A DNA stretch of 64,000 nt from Candidatus Moraniibacteriota bacterium (GCA_003507445.1 DNVR01000019.1:76395-140394); one strand, 5' to 3'. Counted from the first letter of the stretch, positions 1 to 7,949 are shown. Numbers and translations are program-made. The notes: generated by a model not told the origin, from the sequence alone.

Positions 1-2
1 AA

Positions 3-179
3 CGCAGACTTCGCATTGGATATTCCAGAGCAGCTCGACTCATTGATATTTTAGAGGAACGTGGTATTGTCGGCGAAGCAGATGGTGCAAAGCCCAGAGA
101 AATACTTGTCGCTGCTGGTCAGCCAGAATATGAAGACGCAATGACGGATCAAGTAGTAAGAGATAAATGGCAAATGTAG
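3..179 (+). CDS. ftsK: DNA translocase FtsK, C-terminal gamma (winged-helix) domain; 5' end lies outside the window
   Basis: Frame-3 translation reads ...[39 protein letters not shown]..., ending at TAG 177-179. It matches the FtsK gamma-domain motif (IGYxRAARLID.LE..GIVG). Confidence 0.6.
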   Translation, partial: RRLRIGYSRAARLIDILEERGIVGEADGAKPREILVAAGQPEYEDAMTDQVVRDKWQM

Positions 180-185
180 CACGCA

Positions 186-318
186 AAGCGTGAAAGTTAA
201 AAGTCTAAGGTCTAAGTACTGAATCAAATCTAAAGTTTAAAATATAAAGTTGGCGGATACTTTTTACTTTGTAATTTAGAATTGAATTAGTCTTTAAAAT
301 TTAGTCTTTAGAATTTCA
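186..318. repeat. ~120-bp intergenic MITE-like element (copy A; a second copy lies at 5141-5258)
   Basis: Shares a core with 5141-5258 (aaatcaaatctaaa...tttaaa...tactttttt-actttagaattg), roughly 75% identity by eye. The termini are ctaaggtctaag-type inverted repeats. It fills the ftsK-rodZ spacer. Confidence 0.5.
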
Positions 319-324
319 GAAAGT

Positions 325-1329
325 ATGGTTCGATTTACTACCAAAAAAATAGATTCTTTGACGCTTGGTGAGCGAATGAAGAAGCTTAGGGATGAGCGCA
401 GATTGAGCTTAAGCGAAATATCCAAAAGCACCAAGATCCAAACGAAATATTTGGAATATCTTGAAGATGGTGTGTATATGAAACTTCCTGCTGATGTGTA
501 TGTCAAAGGTTTCCTCAGAAGCTATGCTATTTTTATGGGTCTTAATGAATTGGCGTTGATTAAGCAATTTGAAAGAGAAAAAGGAATTCATAAAAACATT
601 AAAAAAGTTGTTGAAAATGACGGGACATCACTACCTTTGGGTTTTTCAAGTCTTGTGATCACACCAAAAATGATAATTGTCAGTGCGATTTTGCTAGTTG
701 TTGTTTCAAGTTTTATTTATCTGTATATGGAGGTAAATAATTTTGTTTCAAAGCCGCGTCTGAATGTCATTAAGCCCGCTGATGGCTCCACAGTAATTGG
801 AAGTTCAACACATGTGACAGGTGTGGCTGAAAAGGGAGCTTTGATTTTTATCAATGAACAACCTGTCTTGGTTAATGAAAAAGGAGAATTTAGCGAGGAC
901 GTGGGCTTGAAACCAGGTTTAAATGTGATCAATGTTAAGGCTAGGAGCAAATTTAACAAAGAAGATGTTAAATCTGTTTCAGTAAATGCTGATTTCCAAA
1001 GTGTCGTTAATGAACAAGTAAATTCTGAAGATGTGAATCAAGTTGATCAAGCAGCACCTATTAATCCAATTGCATTGGAAATATATGTAAGTCCAAATCC
1101 AACTTGGATGTCAATTGAGGCTGATGGTAATTTGGTTTATAGTGGGGTTTTGCTTCCAGAGTCGGTGCAAACTTTCAACGCTAATGAAAAAATCAGTGTA
1201 ACCTCTGGAAAAGGCAATGAGACTTTTGTAAAAATAAATGGAAAAGACCTTGGAATATTGAGCAGTGATAATGGTGTCGTCAGAGACATTGTGTATGATG
1301 CAAATGGAAAAATTGAGGATAAAAAATAA
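325..1329 (+). CDS. rodZ: RodZ-like cytoskeleton protein (N-terminal XRE-type HTH, one TM helix, C-terminal beta domain)
   Basis: ORF track 334 aa. HTH motif [22 protein letters not shown], followed by a TM segment ([18 protein letters not shown]) and a C-terminal DUF4115-like region. Confidence 0.55.
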   Translation: MVRFTTKKIDSLTLGERMKKLRDERRLSLSEISKSTKIQTKYLEYLEDGVYMKLPADVYVKGFLRSYAIFMGLNELALIKQFEREKGIHKNIKKVVENDGTSLPLGFSSLVITPKMIIVSAILLVVVSSFIYLYMEVNNFVSKPRLNVIKPADGSTVIGSSTHVTGVAEKGALIFINEQPVLVNEKGEFSEDVGLKPGLNVINVKARSKFNKEDVKSVSVNADFQSVVNEQVNSEDVNQVDQAAPINPIALEIYVSPNPTWMSIEADGNLVYSGVLLPESVQTFNANEKISVTSGKGNETFVKINGKDLGILSSDNGVVRDIVYDANGKIEDKK

Positions 1330-1335
1330 AATTAA

Positions 1336-1415
1336 ATAACAAACAACTTACAACTTACAACTCGCAACTCACAACTCATCGTTTGTTATTAGTTGATTGT
1401 TGTCAGTTGTTAGTT
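1336..1415. repeat. Hairpin-forming simple-repeat module (ACAACTY units followed by inverted AGTTGT units) in the recA leader
   Basis: aataacaaac at 1336-1345 is inverted to gtttgttatt at 1381-1390. These flank ACAACTTACAACTTACAACTCGCAACTCACAACTC, and agttgattgttgtcagttgttagtt is its imperfect inverse. Confidence 0.55.
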
Positions 1416-1424
1416 AAAAATTAT

Positions 1425-2468
1425 ATGGCGTACGCTGCAAAAGAAAAAAAACCAGCCAAGGAGGCGGTTGAAGAAATAAAAAATGCAGGAAAAAAAGAGA
1501 TTGATAAATTGGTGGATGATATGCAGGAAAAGTTTGGAGAGGGGATGCTGATGAAATTGGGAGATGTGAAAAGGGTTGATATCGAAGCTATTCCTACAGG
1601 TTCAATATCTCTGGATATTGCAACTGGAATTGGTGGAATGCCACGAGGAAGAATTGTGGAAATCTATGGGCCAGAATCTTCCGGAAAAACCACTCTGACA
1701 TTGCACGTTGTGGCTAATGCTCAAAAACAAGGTGGAACAGCTGCTTTTGTGGATGCGGAACACGCTCTTGATCCAGAATATGCCAAGAAGATTGGAGTGG
1801 ATATTAAGAACTTGTTGGTTTCGCAGCCAGACAATGGAGAACAAGCCTTAGACATAGTTGAATCTTTGGTGCGCTCAGGCGTGGTGGATGTTGTGGTTGT
1901 TGATTCAGTGGCTGCACTTGTACCAAAAGCTGAAATTGAAGGAGAGATGGGCGACCAGCACGTGGGAAGACAAGCACGTTTGATGTCTCAAGCTCTTAGA
2001 AAATTGACTGCAATTATTGCACGCTCAAACACAACCGTAATCTTCATCAATCAGATTCGTATGAAAATTGGTGTGATGTTTGGCAACCCAGAAACAACAA
2101 CTGGTGGACAAGCACTTAAATTTTATTCTTCAGTGCGCGTGGAAGTTCGTCGTGCTGCTCAGATTAAAAAAGGCGAGGACGTTGTTGGAAATCGCGTGAA
2201 GGTTAAAATTGTAAAAAATAAAGTTGCTCCACCATTCAAGACTGCAGAATTTGATATTATGTATAACGAAGGAATTTCAATGGCGGGAGATTTGCTTGAT
2301 GCTGGTGTGAAATTTGAGGTAGTTAAAAAATCTGGCAACTCACTTTCTTATGGCGACATTAAGCTTGGCGCAGGTCGCGAAAGTGCCAAGGCATTCTTGC
2401 GAGAAGACAAAAAGACTGCTGACAAAATCTTCAAGGAAATCGCTGAGAAAGCTAAAATAGCTGCTTAG
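1425..2468 (+). CDS. recA: Recombinase RecA
   Basis: Contains the [37 protein letters not shown] Walker A/RecA core and ...[21 protein letters not shown]. Start moved to the ATG at 1425 (MAYAAKEKK) because the first 14 codons of the ORF run through the upstream repeat. Confidence 0.93.
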   Translation: MAYAAKEKKPAKEAVEEIKNAGKKEIDKLVDDMQEKFGEGMLMKLGDVKRVDIEAIPTGSISLDIATGIGGMPRGRIVEIYGPESSGKTTLTLHVVANAQKQGGTAAFVDAEHALDPEYAKKIGVDIKNLLVSQPDNGEQALDIVESLVRSGVVDVVVVDSVAALVPKAEIEGEMGDQHVGRQARLMSQALRKLTAIIARSNTTVIFINQIRMKIGVMFGNPETTTGGQALKFYSSVRVEVRRAAQIKKGEDVVGNRVKVKIVKNKVAPPFKTAEFDIMYNEGISMAGDLLDAGVKFEVVKKSGNSLSYGDIKLGAGRESAKAFLREDKKTADKIFKEIAEKAKIAA

Positions 2469-2529
2469 GCTTTAGCTTGGGGAATCCCGTTTTCCCTAAA
2501 AAGTTAATGCCTGAGAAGCTGCTTGCTTG

Positions 2530-2558
2530 TTGACAAAAGTCCATTTTGGGTGTATAAT
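2530..2558 (+). promoter_or_regulatory. Consensus sigma70-type promoter (TTGACA-N17-TATAAT)
   Basis: TTGACA at 2530-2535, a 17-nt spacer, then TATAAT at 2553-2558. Lies directly downstream of the recA stop and upstream of the small ORF at 2646. Confidence 0.5.
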
Positions 2559-2566
2559 GGACATAT

Positions 2567-2600
2567 AAGGATAAAAAACGGGTGTCAAAGCCCGTTTTTT
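2567..2600 (+). terminator. Rho-independent terminator after recA
   Basis: aaaaacgggtgtcaaagcccgtttttt: a GC stem (acggg/cccgt) followed by a T-run. Confidence 0.6.
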
Positions 2601-2645
2601 CTTTAATTTAATTAAATTTTGCTCGGGGGAGCAACAAAAACAAAA

Positions 2646-2786
2646 ATGGAAAAAACCCACAAATGCGTACATTGCGCAAAAAGACACAAAGAAGAGTCGC
2701 AAAATGAGGAATTTAACTTCGCAGTGCTAATCGCACTAGTTCCACTTATGGTCTTTACCCTATTTGGACAAATCGGACTTATCTAA
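2646..2786 (+). CDS. Small 46-aa tail-anchored membrane protein (not in the ORF track because it is under 60 aa)
   Basis: ATG 2646 to TAA 2784-2786. Translation MEKTHKCVHCAKRHKEESQNEEFNFAVLIALVPLMVFTLFGQIGLI. GGGGGAG lies 14 nt upstream. Has a C-terminal hydrophobic helix and a CxxC motif, and is bracketed by the consensus promoter at 2530 and the terminator at 2806. Confidence 0.4.
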   Translation: MEKTHKCVHCAKRHKEESQNEEFNFAVLIALVPLMVFTLFGQIGLI

Positions 2787-2805
2787 AAATTGAATAAAAA
2801 TATAT

Positions 2806-2838
2806 ATAAAAAACCATCCTCTCGGATGGTTTTTTATT
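2806..2838 (+). terminator. Rho-independent terminator
   Basis: aaaaaccatcctctcggatggttttttatttttt: stem ccatcc/ggatgg followed by a T-run. Confidence 0.6.
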
Positions 2839-2842
2839 TTTT

Positions 2843-2962
2843 GTCATTCCTGCGGAGGCAGGAATCCAGGATCTTGCAAATCGATAGTAATAATAAAAAT
2901 AAAAGTTATTATTTTGCGAATCGTGTGCTAAATCCTGGATTCCGGACTAAATCCGGAATGAC
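2843..2962. mobile_element. GTCAT...ATGAC palindromic MITE-like element (P1 family), intergenic copy 1
   Basis: Left arm gtcattcctgcggaggcaggaatccaggat, right arm atcctggattccggactaaatccggaatgac. Each arm is itself a hairpin, with an AT-rich core between them. Near-identical arms occur at 15062-15176 and 26871-26985. Confidence 0.6.
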
Positions 2963-2971
2963 ACGGTGTGT

Positions 2972-3529
2972 TTAGGCTCTGGAAACATAGGCTCCTTTTT
3001 CTGTATTGACGATGATTTTGTCTCCTTCGTTAACGAAAAGGGGAGTTGTAACTTTGAGTCCTGTTTCGAGGGTTACAACTTTGTCTCCGCCTGAAGATGT
3101 GTCGCCCTTGGTTCCGGGTGGAGCTTCAGTGACAACGAGAGTAACCTTAATTGGTAGTTCGATGTTCACTGGAATTTCATTGAAGTTAAGCACGCTTACC
3201 TCAGTTCCTTCAAGCAAATATAAATATGCATCGCCAATAACATCTTTGGCCAACGAAAATTGGTCATAGGTATTCATATCCATAAAAACATAGCCATCTT
3301 GCTCAGCGTAAAGATATTGAGCTTTGGATTTTGACATATCAGCTTCGTCAGCTTTGTCTGATCCATTGAAGGTTTTTTCAAGCACGCTTCCATTAAGAAG
3401 GTTTTTCAACTTTGTTCGAAGCACTGCTCCTGCGCGTCCCGTCTTGGAATGCTCGGCAGACAGTACAACATATGGAGAACCTTCCCAGAGAATATTTTTT
3501 CCTGCTTTGATATCACTTATTCCTAACAT
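2972..3529 (-). CDS. efp: Elongation factor P
   Basis: MLGISDIKAGKNILWEGSPYVVLSAEHSKTGRAGAVLRTKLKNLLNGSVLEKTF... matches the EF-P KOW/OB fold. Start moved to the ATG at 3529; the longer ORF N-terminus (MQCSFCMLHVTCYMLHES) reads through the heptamer repeat. Confidence 0.9.
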   Translation of the reverse strand: MLGISDIKAGKNILWEGSPYVVLSAEHSKTGRAGAVLRTKLKNLLNGSVLEKTFNGSDKADEADMSKSKAQYLYAEQDGYVFMDMNTYDQFSLAKDVIGDAYLYLLEGTEVSVLNFNEIPVNIELPIKVTLVVTEAPPGTKGDTSSGGDKVVTLETGLKVTTPLFVNEGDKIIVNTEKGAYVSRA

Positions 3530-3622
3530 GGATTCATGTAGCATGTAGCATGTAACATGTAGCATGCAAAAACTGCATTGCATTTTTGTTATATGTTATA
3601 TGTTTTATGTTATATGATTTGT
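3527..3622. repeat. Composite heptamer-repeat cassette E1: (CATGTAGC)n - spacer - (TATGTTA)n, abutting the efp start
   Basis: catgtagcatgtagcatgtaacatgtagcatgc ... tttgttatatgttatatgttttatgttatatga. Near-identical to 4437-4542 and related to 57332-57406, 58868-58958 and 62256-62356. Confidence 0.7.
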
Positions 3623-3829
3623 TTATTTTACTACGAAAGGTGCTAATGCCATCACGCGAGCGCGCTTAATTGCTTGAGCAAGTGTTCGCTGATGTTTTGT
3701 GCAAATCCCGTGTCTTTTTGGTGGGTAAATTTTTCCTTGTGAGTTCATAAATCTGCGAATTAGATAAGCATCTTTGTAGTCGATCTTATCCATTTTTTCA
3801 TCGCAGAAATAACATTGTTTTCTTTCCAT
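3623..3829 (-). CDS. rpsR: 30S ribosomal protein S18
   Basis: MERKQCYFCDEKMDKIDYKDAYLIRRFMNSQGKIYPPKRHGICTKHQRTLAQAIKRARVMALAPF is a typical S18. Start taken at the internal Met, since the upstream ORF extension is low-complexity. Confidence 0.85.
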   Translation of the reverse strand: MERKQCYFCDEKMDKIDYKDAYLIRRFMNSQGKIYPPKRHGICTKHQRTLAQAIKRARVMALAPFVVK

Positions 3830-3956
3830 ATTGGGAACACGAATATTCACAGATAATAAACTAATTTTCACGAATAACAAATTTTAATTTTAAAAATTCG
3901 TGTTGATTAGTGATTAGTGTGAATTCGTTTTAAATTAGTGCAAATTAGTTGATTTA

Positions 3957-4451
3957 TTAAAATGGCACGTCTTCAAGTCTTACTTCGTCCTGTTCTTCAT
4001 CAAGGTTGATGGTTGGAATTTCTTCAGCCATAGGTGTTTGTTGTTGAGCGGTTGGACGAGGTGTTGCAGCTGCTGCTCCCATTGCCATTGGCGCTGGTCT
4101 TGGTCCTGATGAACCTTGTGCGCGTTGTCCCATTTGCATATTTTCAGCCACGATGTCAGTTGTTTTTCTTTCAACTCCGTCTTTGCCAGTGTAAGAACGT
4201 GTTTCTAATCTTCCCTCAAAATATACTTCTTGCCCTTTGGTTAGATATTGTCCAGCGATTTCAGCTAGACGCCCCCAAATTACAATGTTGTGAAATTCTG
4301 ATTTCTCTTGTTTTTGTCCAGCTTTGTCATTCCAAGTTCGGTTGGTAGCGATACCAACTGTGGTCACGGTTTGACCAGAAGGAGTGGTGCGCAATTCTGG
4401 GTCTCTAGTTAAGCGTCCGATGAGTTGAACTTTGTTAAGATTCATGTTCAT
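3957..4451 (-). CDS. ssb: Single-stranded DNA-binding protein
   Basis: MNMNLNKVQLIGRLTRDPELRTTPSGQTVTTVGIATNRTW...: an OB-fold SSB with a Gly/Pro/Ala-rich linker and an acidic tail ending ...EDVPF. Confidence 0.88.
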   Translation of the reverse strand: MNMNLNKVQLIGRLTRDPELRTTPSGQTVTTVGIATNRTWNDKAGQKQEKSEFHNIVIWGRLAEIAGQYLTKGQEVYFEGRLETRSYTGKDGVERKTTDIVAENMQMGQRAQGSSGPRPAPMAMGAAAATPRPTAQQQTPMAEEIPTINLDEEQDEVRLEDVPF

Positions 4452-4542
4452 GTAGCATGTAGCATGTATCATGTAGCATCAGAAGAAAAAATCTATCTTT
4501 TGCATTTTTGTTACACGTTATATGTTTTATGTTATATGATTT
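4437..4542. repeat. Composite heptamer-repeat cassette E2 (copy of E1), between rpsF and ssb
   Basis: catgtagcatgtagcatgtatcatgtagcatc ... tttgttacacgttatatgttttatgttatatga. The ssb start codon lies inside the CATG-repeat part. Confidence 0.7.
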
Positions 4543-5103
4543 TTAAATGTTTAGCAGTTCATCAAGTTGCTTGTCGATATTTTTTGATTCTTCTTTGGCA
4601 GTTTCAACTTTTTTAACAGGAGCTGCTGGAGCTGGTGTTGTTGGTCGTTGAGTTGGTCGCTGCATTGTTGGACGTTGATTGTTGCCAGGTCTTTCAGTTC
4701 GTTGTTGTGGTCGTTGCGCAGGGCGTCCAGCATTGTTTGCAGCTTCTTTTGCTTTTCTTCGGTCTTTTGCTCCAAGTTCTGGAAGATCCTCGGTTTTTAC
4801 AATCAAGAAACGAAGAACATCATTGTTCAAATTCAATTTGTTAGTGATGGCTTGGATTCCAAATTCTTTTTCTGCGTTTGCTTCATCTGCCCAAAAATCA
4901 ATCTCGGGAAGTTCGAAGCGGCGAGTGATGTAGGTTCCTTTGTTCTGGTGTTTGATTTCATAAGCGAGTTTTCTTTTTTCGCTTAATTCTTCTCCAACCA
5001 TTGTTGCTTGCTCAAGAGCTAGAATTGCATTAACTCCTTCTTTGATCGCAGGCAGGTTTGCTTCTTGTCGTTCACCAACAAGGTAAAACAGTTCGTATTG
5101 CAT
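4543..5103 (-). CDS. rpsF: 30S ribosomal protein S6 with a basic/proline-rich C-terminal extension
   Basis: MQYELFYLVGERQEANLPAIKEGVNAILALEQ...LAYEIKHQNKGTYITRRFELP is an S6 fold. Forms the conserved rpsF-ssb-rpsR order. Confidence 0.85.
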   Translation of the reverse strand: MQYELFYLVGERQEANLPAIKEGVNAILALEQATMVGEELSEKRKLAYEIKHQNKGTYITRRFELPEIDFWADEANAEKEFGIQAITNKLNLNNDVLRFLIVKTEDLPELGAKDRRKAKEAANNAGRPAQRPQQRTERPGNNQRPTMQRPTQRPTTPAPAAPVKKVETAKEESKNIDKQLDELLNI

Positions 5104-5140
5104 ACGCGTTTTTTAAATTAGTTATTAAATGTTAATTAGC

Positions 5141-5258
5141 TTAATAATTCTAAAAGGCTAAGTATTAAAGTTTAAATCAAATCTAAATTTTAAAGTATAA
5201 ACTTTGTACTTTTTTACTTTAGAATTGTTTTAGTATTTAGACCTTAGATTTTAACCTT
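5141..5258. repeat. ~120-bp intergenic MITE-like element (copy B of the element at 186-318)
   Basis: ctaagtattaaagtttaaatcaaatctaaattttaaagtataaactttgtacttttttactttagaattgttttagtatttagaccttag. The terminal ctaaggtctaa-type inverted repeats match copy A. Confidence 0.5.
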
Positions 5259-5260
5259 AT

Positions 5261-5361
5261 AAAAAAAGCCACCAAACAAGAAAATCCTTGCTTTTAGTGG
5301 AGCATTCCAGCCTATCCACTTTTGGCTTAGTGGCGGGCTAGATTCGGACTTTCTTAGTTGT
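5261..5361 (-). ncRNA. Candidate ~100-nt small RNA (unclassified) with a consensus promoter and intrinsic terminator
   Basis: On the minus strand, TTGACC (plus 5391-5396), a 17-nt spacer, then TATAAT (plus 5368-5373). The transcript would end in a hairpin plus UUUUUUU (plus 5261-5300). No ORF is present. Confidence 0.35.
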
Positions 5362-5367
5362 AGATTG

Positions 5368-5396
5368 ATTATAGCAAGGTTTTTGGAATTGGTCAA
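5368..5396 (-). promoter_or_regulatory. Consensus sigma70-type promoter (TTGACC-N17-TATAAT) on the minus strand
   Basis: Plus-strand attata at 5368-5373 and ggtcaa at 5391-5396, with exactly 17 nt between them. Confidence 0.45.
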
Positions 5397-5480
5397 TGGC
5401 AGTGCAAGAACCTGTAGAGATGAGGCATTGCCTCGTCTCTACAAATTTAAATATATAAAAACAAAATATTATCATCCTCA

Positions 5481-5509
5481 TTGACATATGTCACCGCTTC
5501 CGCCATAAT
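5481..5509 (+). promoter_or_regulatory. Sigma70-type promoter (TTGACA-N17-CATAAT) for the M23 peptidase gene, with a 12-bp perfect palindrome TGACATATGTCA (5482-5493) over the -35 box
   Basis: TTGACA at 5481-5486 and CATAAT at 5504-5509. The palindrome tgacatatgtca overlaps the -35 box. Confidence 0.45.
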
Positions 5510-5628
5510 AAAATCCAGGTCTTTGACAAATTGAAAATGAAAGCGAGGTGAAAAAGGGAAATTGTTTTGGCAAGTGGGGAGATGTTTTCTGTTATTTTTG
5601 AAATCCAACAAGGAAAAAGGAACTAGGA

Positions 5629-6834
5629 ATGAGAAAGCTTATTCTGACAATCATGTTTTTGAATTTGTTCAGTTTTGTTTCAAATGTCTTTGCAGATGAA
5701 GATACTATTCCGCCATTTTCGGAAATTAATTGTTCAATTGGCGCATCAATGGTGCAACCGCCAGCAACACACACAGACAACGATACGCAACGGACCTTTA
5801 ATGATCTTGTTGTATGGATTAACACATACAACAATCAAAATGTTCTGAATTTTGCCTATTTCAATGATTCATATTTAACTGACTGGGTCTGTTCTGGTGA
5901 CTGCACCGGAACAGATGAGTATGCAATTATTTACACCAACTCCTGGGCTTTTGCTTATTGTGATACTGAAGGACAAAATTGTTATGGTGGGTACATGGAT
6001 CCATATATACGTGGTTTAATGGTTCGTGAAATTTTGTACTCAACTGCTCCTATACGGACTTTAAGCGGTGCAATTTATCGTCCTTCAGATTTACCTCAAC
6101 TCACTGTTGCACTAAACCCTCAAGCAGGCGGGACGGTAGCGAGTTCGCCGACATCTAACTTCTCTTGTGCAGACGGAACGTGCACGGGAAATTTCTCGGG
6201 GAATGTAACGTTGACTGCGAGTGTAAACAGTGGATATCAGCTCATTAATTGGTATGAAAATGGTACGATTATCACTAACAATTGCCCCACGACCATTTTA
6301 GACTTGACTGTGAATTGCACAAGATCAATATCGGCAGAATTCATACCAGTACTTAAATGGCCATTAACTGGAACAAAAAGTAGTAGGAGTGAGTCTTGGA
6401 ATTTTGGAAGCACATGGACTTATGGCGAATGCCCTACTGGTACATACAAAAAACATTCGGGAATCGATGTGAACGCAACCGCTGAAGAAGCTGTTTATGC
6501 AGCACATGATGGTGTGGTCAAAAAGATATTTACTGGTCAGCATTCCCAATGGGCTGACGCAATTGTTATCGAAAGCACGGATGGTCGATTTACAACAGTA
6601 TATTGGCACGTTATAAAATACGGGAGTCTATCGGAAAATGACACTGTAACAAAAGGTCAGCAGATAGCCACTATTGCAAACTTGGAAAGCAATACGCATT
6701 TTCATTTTGGTGTTCGCTTTTCATTATATAGCGATCCGGAATCATATGCTGGTGCATTGCCAGTCGCTGGTTGTGGTGGATACCTAGCGTACCCAGAAAA
6801 ATTCATTGATCCTGACGTGTTAACATACGAATAA
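5629..6834 (+). CDS. Secreted M23-family metallopeptidase with a Cys-rich N-terminal domain of unknown function
   Basis: Signal peptide MRKLILTIMFLNLFSFVSNVFA. C-terminal HSGIDVNA...AAHDGVV...HFHFGV matches the LytM/M23 motifs HxxxD and HxH. Visibly higher GC than the flanking genes, and preceded by an SD (aaggaaaaagg). Confidence 0.7.
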   Translation: MRKLILTIMFLNLFSFVSNVFADEDTIPPFSEINCSIGASMVQPPATHTDNDTQRTFNDLVVWINTYNNQNVLNFAYFNDSYLTDWVCSGDCTGTDEYAIIYTNSWAFAYCDTEGQNCYGGYMDPYIRGLMVREILYSTAPIRTLSGAIYRPSDLPQLTVALNPQAGGTVASSPTSNFSCADGTCTGNFSGNVTLTASVNSGYQLINWYENGTIITNNCPTTILDLTVNCTRSISAEFIPVLKWPLTGTKSSRSESWNFGSTWTYGECPTGTYKKHSGIDVNATAEEAVYAAHDGVVKKIFTGQHSQWADAIVIESTDGRFTTVYWHVIKYGSLSENDTVTKGQQIATIANLESNTHFHFGVRFSLYSDPESYAGALPVAGCGGYLAYPEKFIDPDVLTYE

Positions 6835-6902
6835 TCAGGTGTATTAAAAAATGGGAGTTCCTCAAAAGAGGACTCCCATTTTTTTCTTACTCGGTAATAT
6901 AG

Positions 6903-7949
6903 CTATTTTAATTTTCCTACAAATGTTGGTTCACCATCAAATCCACCAAGAATAAAAATATTGTTTGTTTTTAGATCAATTTTAAATTGTAATAAAATAT
7001 TTAAAAAATAAACACTATCCTTATAATCTGCATCCGTTGGATTTTGTTTATAAAATTTTACAGGAAGATTTTCTCCTGTTGAATTGGTATTAGTAATTAT
7101 GTTTTCACAAATTCTAAACTTATTATTTTGCGATAAAGCTGCTATTTTTTTAATAACATCTACATCGCTTAAAATAATTCTTTCTGTTTTATAAGTCTTT
7201 CCGCAAAAATTAACATCCTCCATTTTATTCGTAAATTTAAATGATTCTCCAATTTTGTTTAATTGTTCCCTATATTTTAATTGAAATTCTGAACGTAGCT
7301 TTTTCTCAATGGCAGATTGCTGCCCTCCCAAAAGATTTGTTTCATTCGACAAAAATAAGCCATTATAAGAAAGCTTATAAATAAATTTATCTTTAATAAA
7401 AACAATAAGATAGTCCGTATAGGGCATATTATATACAACTATTTTTTTTGCCTCAACACCATCAATATTTGTTTTTTCTTTTGATAAAATGGTTGGGGTA
7501 TTTATTTCAACACCTTCATAGGAATTTATTTGCTTTAGTTTATTTTGATAATCATTAAGCCATTCATCCACATTTTTAAATTTCGATTTTTCAACATAAA
7601 CAGAAAAGAATTCTGTTCCATCTTGTTTCAGTCTAATTCTTATCAATGAATCTTCATCTTCTTTTGGTCCTGCTGTTTTAAAATCAAAATCTGCTGGTAT
7701 ATATATACTATATCCATAGCTGGTATTTTCATAAGAGCTAGAACTCTCGATTGTTTCTTCTGTTTTGTTCTCACCCTGTATCTGTTGCTCCTGACTTTTC
7801 TCAACCAGCTTCGGTTGAACTGCAACACTCTGCGGCCCTTCCGCCACCTCCCGATTTTTAATAACCATCCACGCAAACGCTCCAACTGTGATTGCAATAA
7901 TCACAAGTACGATTGTCCCCAAGCTCGTGCCAACTTTTTGATTTTTCAT
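6903..7949 (-). CDS. Membrane-anchored hypothetical protein (N-terminal TM, large extracytoplasmic domain)
   Basis: ORF track 362 aa. Probable start MKNQKVGTSLGTIVLVIIAITVGAFAWMVI (TM helix). Very AT-rich, with no recognisable domain. Confidence 0.45.
   Translation of the reverse strand: MKNQKVGTSLGTIVLVIIAITVGAFAWMVIKNREVAEGPQSVAVQPKLVEKSQEQQIQGENKTEETIESSSSYENTSYGYSIYIPADFDFKTAGPKEDEDSLIRIRLKQDGTEFFSVYVEKSKFKNVDEWLNDYQNKLKQINSYEGVEINTPTILSKEKTNIDGVEAKKIVVYNMPYTDYLIVFIKDKFIYKLSYNGLFLSNETNLLGGQQSAIEKKLRSEFQLKYREQLNKIGESFKFTNKMEDVNFCGKTYKTERIILSDVDVIKKIAALSQNNKFRICENIITNTNSTGENLPVKFYKQNPTDADYKDSVYFLNILLQFKIDLKTNNIFILGGFDGEPTFVGKLK

Noticed and set aside
2790-2975. 61-aa ORF at 2790-2975 (+) and many antisense ORFs in the track (e.g. 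1602-1844, 8304-9030, 12575-13046, 51380-52198)
   Set aside because: They lie inside MITE copies or antisense to well-supported conserved genes. Low-complexity translations.
3529-3583. Longer N-terminal extensions offered by the ORF track for efp, ssb, rpsR, the elp3-like gene and recA (e.g. [40 protein letters not shown])
   Set aside because: They are read from the heptamer repeats. Homology begins at the internal Met in each case.
5270-5460. RNase P RNA or tmRNA in the rpsF to M23 intergenic region (GAAAGTCCG-like stretch)
   Set aside because: It is far too short and lacks the P4 and T-arm/tag-peptide hallmarks. Kept only as an unclassified sRNA candidate.
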